Origin: Balanoglossus misakiensis
Taxonomy: Eukaryota; Animalia; Hemichordata
NCBI GenBank assembly: GCA_040954595.2
Contig: CM082587.2
Span: 6,623,705 to 6,687,704 of the forward strand
DNA length: 64,000 nucleotides
Reading direction: 5' to 3'
Shown: positions 13,601 to 26,204 of the stretch, piece after piece
Layout of the letters: each line of letters starts with the position of its first letter
Numbering within the stretch: the stretch's first letter is position 1
Made by a program: the position numbers and the translations under genes
The notes under the pieces: model-generated
What the model saw: the letters and a program-made list of their open reading frames with translations, nothing else
Told to the model about the DNA's origin: nothing
Databases searched by the model: none

Positions 13601-16537
13601 CGCTGCCTTTGGCATTCCTGTTGTCCCTGAGGTGTAGATATAAAATAATTTATCTGAAAGAAAAAAAAAATCTGAGGGTTAATAGACCTTCAGTCTTGAA
13701 AATTTGTAAACTGACACAATACAGCCCCAATATCCACCAAAATCATAGGACCGTCATATCATATCATTCATTTTTTATTCTCACCGCCTTTAAATTACGT
13801 CCTTTTAGCACAACCATATGCCTAGAATAATCAACCACACATAGATACCCACCTGTGAAAATTCTGCCGGACACAACAGGTGGTGGCAACGAGGATGATT
13901 GGTGCAGTTTCTCATCCAGGTGTACAGCTGGTATGGTTTCATTCTTGTACTCGCCACTGCAGTACAACACCAAAGTCTTGGACAGGGACGTTTTAATGTC
14001 TCTTATTGCTGTAAAAAAGGATTGAGAATCGTCCTCAATGTTTAGAAACCTGTTCTTCTGGACACTATTCTAAACGACCAAGAATATTATGCAAAAGGTT
14101 GCGCAGTGTGACCCAGGTTCATGTCAGAGTCTGGATAACAGACTATCAATGAACCAAAGTTATTTACAATTGATTTATTTACGAGGTCACGAGACATGCA
14201 CTGCACAGGTACTGCAGTGCTGATCATCAATCTCTGCATGACCCTTGACCTGTCTGAGAGCCCTACTCTATGTCTCTGGTATTCATCAGATGAAGTGACT
14301 ATTCTTATAATGAACTACTATCTGTTTTCAAGGAGCAATGACTATGAATGTAAGGAGATCAGAAAGGTCTGGAAAAACCTGTCAACTGTGACATTATCCC
14401 AAGATCCCAGTTTTCTTGTGTCGGAAATGAAGTTAGTTTTCTCCTAAGTAATTGGTGTACGACAGATGCTGCCCTAACAACAAATCTTTCACTCTCATGC
14501 GATGCGACGCGGCGCAAGGCGCAAACTTACCATCCACCAGAGCGGATCCATACACCAATCCCTTGGCGTCTGCTGCAGCTATGCAGTGCAACAGCGAATC
14601 TGACCGCAGATTGAAATTGATCAGCGCCCCGACCACGCCGATTTTCGAGAGCCCCAGCCACACACAGATGAATTCCGGACTGTTCTCCATGAAGACGGCG
14701 ACGACGTCATCCTTCTTGTATCCCAAGTCATAAAAATAATTGGCCACTCGGTTGGAGTACTCGTCCATCTCTTGAAAACTCCAGGACTTTCCCTCGCACC
14801 TCATGGCTATCTTGCGCGGGTGTTTGACCACCTGCTCCCGGAAAAATGCCTGCACCATCAAGTTGTTCCGTTGCATCTTCCGAAGCTTTAGTTTCAGGAC
14901 GACGAGAGCAGTCAGAGCACTGTGAATGAGACAAAAATAATAATAGCTGTCAAATTAATTTCTGATTTTGCAATTATTCAAAAATAAAACAGATCATGCC
15001 ATAATTACCCCAGACAGTACATTTAACCAAATCACTCTCATATATCTAGTCCAAATTATTCTCGATATTAATGATCAGAAATTTACCCTGTATTTGTGGC
15101 AAATCCCAATAAAAATACCCACATTTCTATGCAAGCTGCATGTAGTTAGTGTAAAGAATGTTTAGCAGCACAGTTTTATTTTCAGTGTGAAATCAATGTT
15201 TGGCAGCAGAAATGCAGGTTTAATTTCAGTACAAAATCAAGTCGTTTTTGGCACAACAAAACAGGTACATGTATTCCAATATCTAATCTACGATTATGTG
15301 ATATTTTTTTTATGTGATTGTGTGAGGTGGGTCAAAGATTAGAAGTGGGTTCAAGCATGGTTCAAGCGTACGTCCACATGGTACATGTAATTCGGTGACA
15401 TCAACATATCCCTACCAAAAGTTACATTGACCCTGGTTCTGGTTGTCATTTTGACAGTGATTTATTTATGAAACCTGATCACGACTTTGCCCCTTCTAAT
15501 GACTTTGCTGAGCAATTTGGCATGCTCTTTGTACTAGCCACCAATTGTATACCGACGCATTGAGCTGTATTTTGACCTATGCTATCTGCAATTTACAAGA
15601 CGACACAATAAAACAAGGTTCAGTCTGATGATAACCGGTCATTCTAAATACAGCACATTATCTGCCAGAATCAGAACAAGAGTCAAAAGACTATTGGGGG
15701 CATAATCTCATTCATAAACATTTTACATTATTCAACGTTTGTATGCATTGTCAATAAATTCGGTGACAGGCAAATAGTTTCTAGGATTGCAAACATATTA
15801 CAAATACTGTACTGAAGATTCTTGGTGTTCATACACACTTTTTTTTGTCAAGCTGCACATGAATTAATACTATTAACCTTGTTTATATCTCCTATTGTCT
15901 GATCAATAAATGTGAGTACAATAATAGTTGAAACATGACACCCATGAAAGACAAGTTAATAAACTTTATACTCTGAAGGACAATTGTATGGGGCAGCAAG
16001 AAACTAAAACCATGCATAGCCATTATTTACAGTTGTACTGAACTTTTGTTACAAAGGTTAAAACATGACCCAATTTTAGAGAAACCTGTTCTTTTGGAAC
16101 ACAGTCATAGTAGTCTATTGTTTTACAACATTTTAAAATTTTACACCAACATTATTCATAAGTTTATGCAGGACAGTCACACCATGGGACGTCTTCGCGC
16201 TCTAAAAAGAAAACGCCCACATCAGACAATCAAGGGACTGTTGGGACCTGTCCCGAGGATCGTCTAGTATGGTAGTGCACTGCACTTTTCAGTGACAAGT
16301 TTACCTGAAATCCCGTGGAAAAGTTTTCGCGACGATCAAAACAAACTTCCAACTGATCAGAGCGGATACCAGTACGATTGCCAGAATGATATGCCACCAG
16401 CTAGCACCGTTGTATCGAAGTACCGTGGCCAGGCCACCCAAAGCGGCCGCTTTCAGCACCATTTTCCAGCCAGGTAAGAAACCTACGAACCGTCTGAGGA
16501 ATCTGGCTGCACTGAACACGTTGATTGAGGTTACCAT
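10634..16537 (-). CDS. SLC27A4: Long-chain fatty acid transport protein / very-long-chain acyl-CoA synthetase (FATP1/FATP4 family)
   Basis: 11 exons (approx. 16537-16305, 14919-14531, 14008-13853, 13653-13584, 13313-13112, 12917-12768, 12376-12187, 11972-11835, 11660-11496, 11139-10996, 10791-10634). AMP-binding motif [27 protein letters not shown] signature [38 protein letters not shown]-terminus GKIRL. Equally close to SLC27A1. Confidence 0.93.
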
Positions 16538-16831
16538 GTGAACTATTATCTCGATGTCAACGAACTTTGCCTTGTCAGTTACAGATATATACAACAGCTA
16601 GTCGACCGACGCGACGCGTAGTGAAAGTGCCTGGCAACAAGAATTTATCCTTCGATAACGCTATTCAAAATCATCGTGTAAATATTGGGGCTATTTGTGG
16701 TTTTGTGCATTATGGTGTCATCATCAAAACATGAATAGCCAGTTATTTGATCGCTTCTGAAAGGCTTCGACATGCATGATCGGGACGGCCAAACGTCAGG
16801 ACATGTATCAAGCTCACTATCACATAATCGC

Positions 16832-16915
16832 CGACCTTTGACCTCAGTTTCAGTTCAGAGTCTCATGTCACGTGAGCCATGCTGCCAGGATTTCGGACAG
16901 CCACTGATTGGCTGA
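16832..16915 (-). promoter_or_regulatory. Putative FATP promoter elements: DR1 (AGGTCAAAGGTCG), E-box TCACGTGA, CCAAT box
   Basis: cgacctttgacct 16832-16844, tcacgtga 16868-16875 and ctgattggctga ~16904-16915, all ~300-380 bp upstream of the FATP ATG. Confidence 0.35.
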
Positions 16916-18202
16916 TCCGTCAGTTTGACCTGGGTCACTACAACTTGACTTACAAAATGGCTGTGCAACACATGCAACATGTTGTATTATGATTCTCGGC
17001 GATGTGTGAGCTGTTGTCTTGTCAAGTCAAGAGACCGGTACTTGCTGGTTGATGCGAAAGGCAACAGGCATTCTGCCCTAGCATTGGTCGAGAAATTTTA
17101 CGGTATATCTTTGGCAAACGACAGTTGCAACTATTGTTCCTAGTTTGCCGCAGAAGATAGAAAGATGGCAACACGTCAACAGGCTACCATATATACCAAT
17201 ACTGCCAATAAGAAAGGACAAAAAGGCCAATAATAATGACATTCAGGTATATACTTTTAATCTGGTTATCTTTATTTGTATAGATCAATGACAATAAAAC
17301 CTATGAATTAAGTAGCAGTTGTTTACACCATAGACAGTGAAGGCACAAATGTCACTCCACTTAGTTCTAGGACAGTCACCCCCTGGGCAGTTACTCCAAC
17401 CTTATCCCTAACTCCAACACTAACTGGTGAGGCGGAAGTGTCAGATGTCCAGGTGGTGACCATCTTGTAATCCTCAATGCCGCATTTAACTTAAATTATC
17501 ATTGTTTTGTCCACAATATTTACAGAATCAAGTAATGTGACCAAAATAACAGCAATGAAAGATTTCTACTTTCTGAGAACCATGCTTCAAGGATTCTAAA
17601 AAAATTCAATGCACACAAAATCATGACATAACTAAAAGATGTGAACTTGAAGTTGCTTGCGTTTCAGTGGACGGGCGTAGCTGGAAGTCAAACCTCAGTT
17701 GTCTTTAAATTTACAATATATTAAAATAAATACAGAAACAAAAACTATTTGTACTCTTTTGAGTATTATGTAAAACAAAACTGCCTCATTATGAGACGAA
17801 CTTGTACTGTGGGACGAGAAGTTAGATGGATAAAGAATTGTGGAAAACAATTATTTTCCCCACACTTTTAAAGGTGCATGCATCTTGATAAAAAAAAAAA
17901 TCTACAAATTACTGACCCCCCCCCCTCATAATGCAGTATTATAAATGCAGCAATAAAATGATCAGAAAAAATGAAATTAACTCAACCCCTGTTTACCAGA
18001 CCTTCTTACAATTCCTGATCAGCTGTATAAAACTTTCATAAATCTGATGCTCCAGACTGCTGATTTATAACATTTATTAAAATCAATGCTATGCACTTTA
18101 TTCGTTATAAAATAATTTTGGTACAATTATCAGTGATTGCATACTATACTATGGTAATCTGTATAAAACAACTAGGCATTTCATGATTGGACATGTCATT
18201 CA

Positions 18203-18383
18203 ATGTCATAGTAAAATTGTTATCTTCCAAAAAATACACCCTTAATAAACTTTTTCTATTTTTTTTCTTAAATTTTGATTTAGCCCTGAAGACAATGGAA
18301 AATTAGATCCACTTGGTCGAAAATTAAGAGAAAAAACAGGAAAATGGGTGATAAATGTCAAAATGTTGCACCACATTTCGACA
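18203..18383. mobile_element. Internal fragment of the piggyBac-like MITE family (see 44909-45128), in the INPP5E 3' UTR
   Basis: Shares agacaatggaaaatta-tccacttggtc-aaaattaa...aaaatgttgcaccacattt with the 44909-45128 element; TIRs absent. Confidence 0.7.
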
Positions 18384-18423
18384 TTTGGACTGAAAAAAAC
18401 TTGAACTGTAGTCTGCTTGGACT

Positions 18424-21400
18424 TCATTGCAGGGAGCACACGGAACTACTCTTCTGAGTCTTCTGGCGCGTCGCTGCAGCACGGCGTTTGTATCCTGCGT
18501 GGAAATGATCAAAGATTATTTGGCGATGTGCTGTTTTGCAAGTTGTCCGTGAGACAAAAATGCTACTTCGTGGATACAGGGAAAATCATGACGTGAAATT
18601 GATTTGTTAAGTGTAGATACATGCCGGTAATTGACTTCTTTACCAGTGCATAATATTTCTGAAGAGAAATACTTGTCACAATTGTCGTTGTGTGAAAATA
18701 CAGTGTTTACTGAGACTTTCTAGAGTTTTGAGTATAACTTCGAAGTTTGACTTTGGGTTGAAACCCAGAGACAGCCAAATGGCAACACACTCAGCCATGT
18801 AGATGGGTTCACAACATCCATGGGTGTACTGCCTATTAGTGGTCCAATCCCCGGCCACAATCACAGTAAAGATAACCTATGATAAACTCACCTTCGAGAT
18901 AAACATTTCTGTTGAACATTCCACCAGCCACTGGCATTCTGTGACAGAGAATTAAAGATTACCATGCATCAAATACTAGTTGCTGCTTTAACAACGTTGA
19001 AAACTGCAAAATATGCGTGTAACCTTTTTAACAGCAGCCAGAGAAAGCAAAATAGAAAGTTCAAATCCTCACCCATCTTTGCCTGGTCTGATTTTCACCT
19101 TGAATGTTGCATAAACCGGTCTGTGATCAGATATTTTGATGCTTGAACATGAATTGTACTGTTCCAGTTGGATGTCGTGTTCTTTCCTTGATTTACATAA
19201 TATGCGGTCCTAAAAATTGGGAATTAAGAAGGTATTAAGTGAACACATTTCATATCTGTGATCCATCATAGTACATAGTACACTTCACAGTACATTTCAA
19301 AAAGTCTGTTCCTCTAAGGCTAATCACCAGCAGCACTTACTGTATAGGACGGTATTCTTTCTTTCGATGAAGTGTCGTAAGTATCACTGTTCAAATCAAA
19401 CTTGTAAGTGGGAAAAAACTGTATCTCCTGTTCCCGAAAGCCTTCAAAAATATCCCCTGTAAGAGTCAAGAATAGAGAAACTTATCCTCGAATCATGACA
19501 ACAATAGCAAGCCCATTAATAAAATTAAAACTAAATAGCTATCATCAAGTGAATTTGCCATTCTGGCATATTTACCTTTGCTCATACATTCAGACAGTTG
19601 GTCATGTCGGAGCAGCTCGCTAAAATCAGGGCTGTCGTCGTCCTGTCGCATTCCAGAAATTAGCTTTTTAACTTTCTTATAATCCTCCTTGAGTCGAAAA
19701 TTCATATCTCCACTCCAAAATACGAAATCAAACCTGGAGGTGACATCGTCTGGAATTCGAAAAAAGTTGAAATTATATTAAGAATTTTAAAATGCATTTT
19801 GATATACACAAATCAGTAATGACTGATTTTTTCCCCCACTTACCCTGTTTAGCTTTATAAGGATACATCAATGGTACCACTTTAGGCAACTGTAAACCTT
19901 GACGTATTTTCTTGAAATCTTCAATTCTTTCTGCCAATTCTTCATCGCCGGCTGTAGACACAGGATGTCAAAAAGAGAAAAATTATTGATCATTGGTTTC
20001 AAAGCTGTCTTGAACAGCTGGAAATTAAAATGGGCTGAGTTTATACCTTTATCATTTAAGGCGATCAAATTTGGCGATGTTTGAAATCACAACATTCCAG
20101 CAGAATCCTGGATTACTTACACGTAAAATGTGACGTAATGAACAGGAATGATGAACCAAAGAAATTGAATGATAATCCTATTGCACCCTGGGGGAAAAAG
20201 TGAAAGCATTGATAAGATTAGTAAGATTGCACTGCATATTTTGTCTGCTACAGAGACAAGACCAGTTCTGTTCTTCTACAGTTATCTGCAGTACAGTCAA
20301 TAATACGGTTGCCCAATAAAAACACAAAAAACAACAGCTACCAGATTACCCCCAACCACTCTGTTCTCTGCGAGTTGACAAGGATTTACGGCAAATTGTT
20401 TTCTGCTGTGTTACATTATCATTATCATCAGTCTCATCCCTGCCATCTTTACCTTGGTTTTGAACATGGATCCTGGTCTCGTTGCTATGGTGTCTTCTTC
20501 CACAGCTGATGGAAGAGTACAAAATAAACATTAACCGAAACTGTGAAAAAAAATCTTCAAGTGCTTGCATTATGGTAAGAGTAGTGCTTACAAGAAAACC
20601 TTGTCGCTATCGGCTAAAACCGGTTAGAAAAGTCGGAAAATTTCAACTCACGGGAACAAAACCAGATGTACTCTCTTCTTATGTAAATTGCCAAGTGTAG
20701 CACACCGAACATGGTTGCATGTAACTGTACATGCGTCGGACCCAGAATCTCTTGAATCTTCACTTCCCACTCAGCCCTGAAATGCGCAAGAGTCGAAATC
20801 TTCAACTCACAACATCCCGGTCAACGGATATGAGACACACATACAAGCAACACAGAAGATGAACACAAGCTCAGACATGTTGTATACATGTAACAGAAAA
20901 ACATTAATTGCTAGTAATGTCTATTCACGTTGTGATCTCATTGACTCCAGACGGCATTAGAAAGTGAAGATTACCTGAACGGGGTGGCTTCTTGCAAACC
21001 GATGACATAGAGATCAGACACGTAGTCCGCGTCATCTGGCAAGAGCAAGTCTTCCAAATTTCGGGGTAGGACCTAAAATCAGTAAAAAAAGAATATGACC
21101 AAAAAATTGCCACAAAACTAAAATCACTTAAATTTCTGAAATTTACATGGTTATAAACATATCAAAAAGTATTTATACAGTTTTATACTAGTAGTTACAC
21201 ATGCAAAGTGTAACTGCAACAATGTACATCATTGTAAACAATGTGGTTGTTATTTTTTATCGCATTTCCTTAGTTACATAGATATAACTTCTATTGGTGG
21301 ATGGGGTCTCCAGGATGGTGTGTTTGTAAACAGAAAAGTCGCATATGTACAGTTCAGACGATCCTTCCCCATTTAGAATTACTATCAGATTTACCTTCTC

Positions 21401-22886
21401 CTCATGCATATTCCAGGTGGACATGAAGACGCTCAGTTGTCTGTCGGGAAAGTACTTCTCCAATTCTTCCGTACCCAGAAGGGATCCTGTCGTCCGCAGC
21501 CCACCAGTAAGATAGCTCCTATATCGCAGTAACAAACAAAATGCACGTATCAAACCACTGGGAATGAAGCGCAAGAAATTGTTCTCATGTCGCCTTGAGA
21601 GTCTTGTACTTTTCATTACAGATTAAAACTCATGCATATATATGAATGAGGCGGTTCTACTGAAATCATATTTTAAATGCACCAACAAAAGTGGAAGCCA
21701 CTGTAGATTTAAGAGTGTGAAATCCAATTACTTCATTTTTGCAGCTTTTGTAGTGATTGAAGCAAGGAGACTCGTTGACATGAACGATCGTTCTGACATG
21801 GTGTCCGCAGTCCTGTTGAGTGGTTCCGACAGCGGAGCCGAATTGATTCGGTGCGTCTGCCATCTTTGGTCGAGCGGCGACAGCGTGTCGTTCTCCGGCT
21901 CGTGTATCTCGGGCATGGTGCGCGACAGTCTGCTCAACTTCTGCTTCCCGGCCACTCTCTCAGAATTGGAACCCTCCGAGTCTCCGTCGAGATCCCCGGG
22001 ACTTGGCGCATCGTCATAATCCGATTCGCCACTTTGATCGCTGTCATCTGTCTTCAGTGTTTTTTCATATCGTTTGTAGTCGACTTCGCCCTCTTCCAAT
22101 TCCTCTTCCTCCGAATCCTCTTCAGATTCCAACTCCAGCGAATCATCTGAATCTGAAACCGAGGCGTTTAGCCGTGGACTCACGGGAATCCTGATGCTTT
22201 CAGGTGCAGTTTTTTCCCGGCTAACGTTGACTGTGTTCTCTGTTGTGTTAACCAGAAATCCAGTATTGTGCTGTCGCCTGGGAGACATCACATTTGTGAG
22301 AGGAAGATTAGTTCTGGAATTGTCGCTACTGACAGAGTCTATCTGTGATTTCCTTAGGGGGTCATCGACTGGTAGTTGCTGATGGTGTTGCCTTAAACTA
22401 CTAGTAGCTGGATAACCAGCGTCGCCTCTATAAGACAGTTCTGCAGATGTAATAGCTTGCTTATCAGGGCTGCTTCTAGGCAGTTGATGGTCAAAAATAT
22501 CCCTGCAAAACAAAAGGGAAAAAAAATTAAATACCTAGACATTTCCAAACAGCTGTCAAAAGTGAACTTGTCCTTGAAATACTGAGGGTGGACATTGCTA
22601 ACCTTGGCACTGGATCGCCTGTTGGATACCTCTGGCTCTGTATATCAGGATTTGTTGGGATTTCTCTGCTGGAAGGCGATAGTGTTCTGCTTGACTGTGG
22701 CATTACTGAACTCGTGAGTGGCATCTCTTGCATCAGCGGCGACGTTTCCCACCTCAGGTGCGATACTTCTTGTCTCAGCGGGGGGATCTCTGGTCTCGAT
22801 GGGGTCAGCGGAGGCGAGACGACATCTTCATCGTCTTCGCTGCTCTCGTGTCCGGAGTCCAGGTATCTTCCCAGTTCCTTAGCCAT
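18424..22886 (-). CDS. INPP5E: Phosphatidylinositol polyphosphate 5-phosphatase type IV (72-kDa, ciliary)
   Basis: Exons approx. 22886-22603, 22502-21732, 21518-21395, 21072-20975, 20776-20652, 20505-20452, 20187-20121, 19951-19844, 19749-19575, 19456-19341, 19209-19073, 18938-18892, 18494-18424. Motifs [63 protein letters not shown]. Ends KSSSVCSLQ* (CaaX), as in vertebrate INPP5E. Confidence 0.93.
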
Positions 22887-23515
22887 CCTGGAGACTCGAG
22901 CAGACACTGGATCCTGGTGTGTGGTTTGAATCAGTGAAGAGACCTGGAGAATAAACGACAGGAATTTCATTAACCAAAAAAACTATTATATAATTTTGCA
23001 AACGTGAGAAAATATCTCAGATGCAAACTTGTTTCACTTTCAGTTCTTGTTGCAAATGTTATTGTAAAAAAATATTGGTTTCCAGGAAGTACAATTTCCA
23101 AACAATGCCCCTTGTATTTGGAACACAATGACCTGTAAAGCCATGAACACACTTTGTGAATAAACTGAATTAATTTTATTTGATCAGCAATTCATCCATG
23201 ACATGTAGTCACAGTGAAGGGGGTAGTACCCACGCCATAATTCACAATATGGAATAATTGAAGGGAGTCGAATCTCTGACTTTCCTTATGAAATAGACTT
23301 ACTACAAACCCCCTTTCCGATGTTTATATTGCCAGCCACTGTCACTAGTGAAAGATGGCAAAGTCATCCATCAGAAGTGTCCATGCCTCTTAGTTAGTAC
23401 AACAATTGCCATAAAGTCCAAAGTCTTGTCTTTGCAATGACAACCAGCCCTAGAAACCATGAGATAACTAATTAGCCAAGATAGTTCCTCTTTGGCAGAC
23501 AAGATAGTTCATAAC

Positions 23516-23581
23516 AAAGGCAAACGATTCAAACTGACTTTAGCTTGATCAGGCTAAAGTCAGTTTGAATCGTTTGCCTTT
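23516..23581. repeat. 66-bp near-perfect palindrome / hairpin in an INPP5E 5' intron
   Basis: aaaggcaaacgattcaaactgactttagc-ttgatcag-gctaaagtcagtttgaatcgtttgccttt: perfect 29-bp arms. Confidence 0.95.
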
Positions 23582-24012
23582 AATTCATAATATACCCTGT
23601 TGTGTTGAGCTGCCCCGAGCAAGTACCGTACATATGCCTTGTGTTTCTCCAAAGCTGCAATATGTGGCCATATCTCATGTCATGATCTGAATCTCAATTA
23701 CATGATGTATGATAGTATGTACATATGCTCTAGTTAACTTGAAGTTTAATTTCTTGAAGAAATGCATCTGTTAATCTTCTTGATAAGAAAAATCACACAC
23801 GTATCTCTTTGTGTGTGTAGTAACAGATAACTTAAGTTTAAACCAACATAATCAAATTATTGCGTGTGTGAGATAGATGCCTCTCTGTAACGCTATATCT
23901 ACATTTGCTTAGCTACAGCCAACGCTGCCCTGTTGTTAGTACGTGCGAGGTGACCTGGCAACTCTCGAGTCGCTAGGAGTACGGGAGCTAGACAAACACA
24001 AGCCCGACCCGG

Positions 24013-24137
24013 ACATGCAGTAAGGTCTACGGTCGTAAAACTTGGACCAACAACAGTGCACTGCTAACCAGTACATGCAGTAAGGTCTACGGTCGTAAAA
24101 CTTGGACCAACAACAGTGCACTGCTAACCAGTACATG
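24013..24137. repeat. Exact 60-bp tandem duplication
   Basis: acatgcagtaaggtctacggtcgtaaaacttggaccaacaacagtgcactgctaaccagt x2, followed by acatg. Confidence 0.95.
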
Positions 24138-24473
24138 TAGTGACAAATGCCAGATCAGTGTCAGTGTGATGCCATTGTCAAGCAGTGTGACTGTCGAGCT
24201 GTCAATATCATTCTCGGCCACGTCGCGTCACCGAAGCTTCAGGATCGCGACTGACCGGTGCGACAAAAGCATAGATCTTTCGCGTCTGTTCAAGCTATAA
24301 AATACTTGCCTACATTGTCTTCGCGTAAATAAATTTACACGCTCTGTCCGATCCCTGCCAGAATACGGAGTTGGAGCTCAGCGGATATTATTCTTGACAG
24401 GTATGCAACTACGCATGTCCATTTCTGCCGTCAATGGGTACGCCCTCAGATTGTCGTAAATAAATAAATACCG

Positions 24474-24487
24474 GATGCCATAGCAAC
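24474..24487. promoter_or_regulatory. Candidate RFX X-box in the INPP5E/SPACA9 divergent promoter
   Basis: GATGCCATAGCAAC, one mismatch to GTTGCCATAGCAAC, lying between two divergently transcribed ciliary genes. Confidence 0.45.
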
Positions 24488-26204
24488 AGGGTGAAGCGAC
24501 ATATAGCACGAATATTATGAATATCTTTGGATGCGGAAGAGAGGAGAGAAAGGAAGATGCGCCCAGTCCGAGTTAAATCACGACCATTAACTGAGTTAAT
24601 AATTAAAATAATAGCAATGATATGATATGACAAAAATGATGATGGCAGCAATACTTAAGTTATGATTAAAAAAAGAATGGCAAATTTGAAGCGAGTAGGC
24701 CTAGGCCTAGAATAGAATAGAAAATAATTTGTCCACAAATAAAAATTTGTCTTTTACTTCACCAACATATTGAAGAACAAAGTATGAATCACAGCTACCA
24801 CATTAACTAAATCTTCTAAATACATGTAGTCAGTACTGTAGAGAACTCCATAAAAAGTTTTGACAGATTACTCGTTCCTGTCCTTGGGTGGAAGACTTGT
24901 AATGCGGAATAAGTGCAACAGGTGTCACTTTATGATGGATTATGAGAATAGGTACTAAACGTTCAATTTTACAGCATTATTGCATTTTAAAGTTTAGGAA
25001 TTATAGATTTATTTATCTTCTGTGCTGATGACTGGAAAGATCCAACCATTGAAGACCACACTACGCAAGCGCGCATACATAATCAGGTTTTGATTGCCCT
25101 TTAAAGACCTCTTCAGGAAGCGCCTTCATACATAGTTGTTGTCAAGCAGACCAAAGCGATTACGCGTTCATACAACGCGCCTCATCCCGGCTTTGCAGGT
25201 AAGTTCGATCACGAATTTCTTCACCTTATAGTTTGTGTGGACGAATAATTTGCACATTGCTTCGCTACTAAGCCGCCTTTATTCCTTATGCTGTAATTCA
25301 TAATCCGCCCAGCCCAGCAAATCAATCGCAGTCAGGACCGCGCGCGATACGTTCCCCCGTTCCGAAATACCACCAAATGCCTGCGTTGACTTGACGAAGT
25401 TTGGTCCTGAGTTATCCAGAATCACAGCAGAGTAAACTAAGACCAAGCCCAACCCGTAAAAAATGTCTTATATGCGATATTATTGTAGAGAGATGCGTCG
25501 AAACGAACTTGCCACCGTCGGTGACGCGGCGCTGATTGACTCGCTAGCAACCATTTGTTTACGCACACTTTACGGCAGTCTACGGTGACCTCCATGACCT
25601 TATCGGTAAAAACTGGACGACCGGTCGCGCATACATCACCCACTCAGTGCAATATGTGTAACTTTTATTATTTTTTGCCAGTATTTTGTTTCGGCAACAA
25701 CAATTACTGTTTCATACTAGTTACAGTTTCACCCAACAATATGAAATATACAATGTTCTGCTCATATGTGAAATGGGACAATATCATTGCGCAAATCAGT
25801 GTTAAATGGGCATGCACACATTGTATACATTGTAGCAAAACATCGCCCTAAGTGAGAATGAACAAACACGTTGAATGAAAAATAAACATTTTACCCTAAA
25901 CTGCAGACAGTTCAGGTGTACATTGTAACAAAAGTTCGGACCCATTTAGACAATAATCCAATTAGAGCTGACCAAATGATCACGGAAAATCAATATAATG
26001 CCAGCAGGGCCTAGGGGTACAGACTCCCAGAATAGGGTTTCCATTGATAGACTTTGATATATAATTCACAAGTAAGGGACAGGATGTACAAGATGAGCAA
26101 AACACTACTGTCAAGCTACACAGGCTGATGTTTTCTTGCATATTTGTGCCAGCGAAATGAGAAATAATTGTGCCTTTTTTGCATACAGAATTACCACAGT
26201 CAAG

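Noticed and set aside
19859-19866. GTATCCTT on the minus strand resembling a U12 minor-intron 5' splice site in INPP5E
   Set aside because: It lies within coding sequence (LMYPYKAKQ aligns to the INPP5E loop); a canonical G|GTAAGT donor just downstream keeps the frame
22503-22534. Apparent 32-nt micro-intron in INPP5E
   Set aside because: It gives a frameshift and stop; the donor AG|GTTAGC at 22602 restores the frame with a ~100-nt intron
24013-24137. Direct repeats considered as a CRISPR-like array
   Set aside because: Contiguous tandem duplication without spacers, in a eukaryotic context with no cas genes
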